DNA of 9,251 nt, taken from the NCBI RefSeq assembly GCF_006345805.1, contig NW_021825277.1, positions 1-9,251 of the forward strand. Direction: 5' to 3'. The notes beneath the pieces are model-generated. The model saw only the letters and a program-made list of their open reading frames with translations. It was not told the origin of the DNA and did not search any database. This DNA is from Octopus sinensis (Eukaryota). The position numbers and the translations under genes are program-made. Shown here piece by piece: positions 8,900 to 9,251 of the stretch; position 1 is the first letter of the stretch; the number at the start of each line of letters is the position of its first letter.

Positions 8900-9251
8900 G
8901 CATATGTAAGATTATGCAGATAAATTACGTAATACATTATGCATTTTGGGAGGTCTCTAATCTTCGATTATGGGGTACTCTTGAGATTATGCAATAGATT
9001 CGTAATATATATTTCACATTTTGGGAGCTCCTAGATATGAGCAACGCAGGTATTTGAGATTATGTGAAATTTTTGGAGTCCCTAAAGTGTCGATTATGGG
9101 GTGCCTTGAGATTATGCAATTAATTACGTTATTTATTATGCAATTTTGGGAGGTCCCTAAATGTTCAAAAATGGGATATTTGACATTATGCAATAAATTA
9201 CGTAAGATATTATGCAATTTTGGGAGGTCCCTAAATGTGAGCATATGGGGG
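8900..9251. repeat. Start of next HOR subunit (marker cassette, truncated by window end)
   Basis: GCATATGTAAG, GATTAT/GAGCTC, CGCAGGTATTT, TTACGTTATTT and AAAAATGGGATATTTGAC monomers in the usual order. Confidence 0.88.

Larger units (their letters stand above)
1..9251. repeat. 75-bp tandem satellite-type array, about 125 monomers, single orientation, running off both window ends
   Basis: Monomer starts recur every 75 bp in clean tracts (1, 76, 151, 226, 301, 376; 2137, 2212, 2287, 2362, 2437; 2931, 3006, 3081, 3156, 3231). Recurrent length variants are 67 bp, 53 bp and 78 bp. Consensus composition is G17 C8 A24 T26. Confidence 0.99.

Noticed and set aside
165-9244. All listed ORFs (peptide repeats RSLNVRIWGYLRLCNKLRNILCNFG, HNLKYPHIRTFRDLPKLHNILRNLL, SQNCIIYYVIYCIISSTPIFEHLGT)
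   Set aside because: A 75-bp period with stop-free frames yields long ORFs automatically. They overlap on both strands, have no unique termini, and are broken by recurrent -8 and -22 variants and by stops; variants are mostly non-synonymous.
1-9251. CRISPR array (conserved palindromic core plus more variable linker)
   Set aside because: The linkers are point variants of one sequence, not unique spacers; there is no leader and no cas gene.

Overview
The whole 9251-bp window is one head-to-tail, single-orientation tandem array (about 125 copies) of an AT-rich 75-bp monomer, about 33% GC. Consensus: GAATATGGGGGTACTTGAGATTATGCAATAAATTACGTAATATATTATGCAATTTTGGGAGGTCCCTAAATGTTC. There are no credible genes, RNAs, mobile elements or CRISPR arrays. 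The supplied ORFs arise because the period is a multiple of 3. Recurrent monomer variants define a higher-order repeat (HOR) of about 3.15-3.2 kb (about 43 monomers), made of alternating long (28-mer, about 2.05 kb) and short (15/16-mer, about 1.1-1.15 kb) subunits that share a marker cassette. Older 8-mer and 2-mer duplications are nested inside. The monomer itself is structured: three near-palindromic boxes at exact 12-bp spacing (bZIP-site-like) and further dyads. On the + strand it also has a sigma70-like -35/N17/-10, then GGAGG-N7-ATG and a 7-codon ORF in correct order, which may be coincidence. Indel noise is patchy and resembles long-read error. The host cannot be determined from this window. 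All monomer mapping was done by eye, so coordinates in noisy tracts are approximate.
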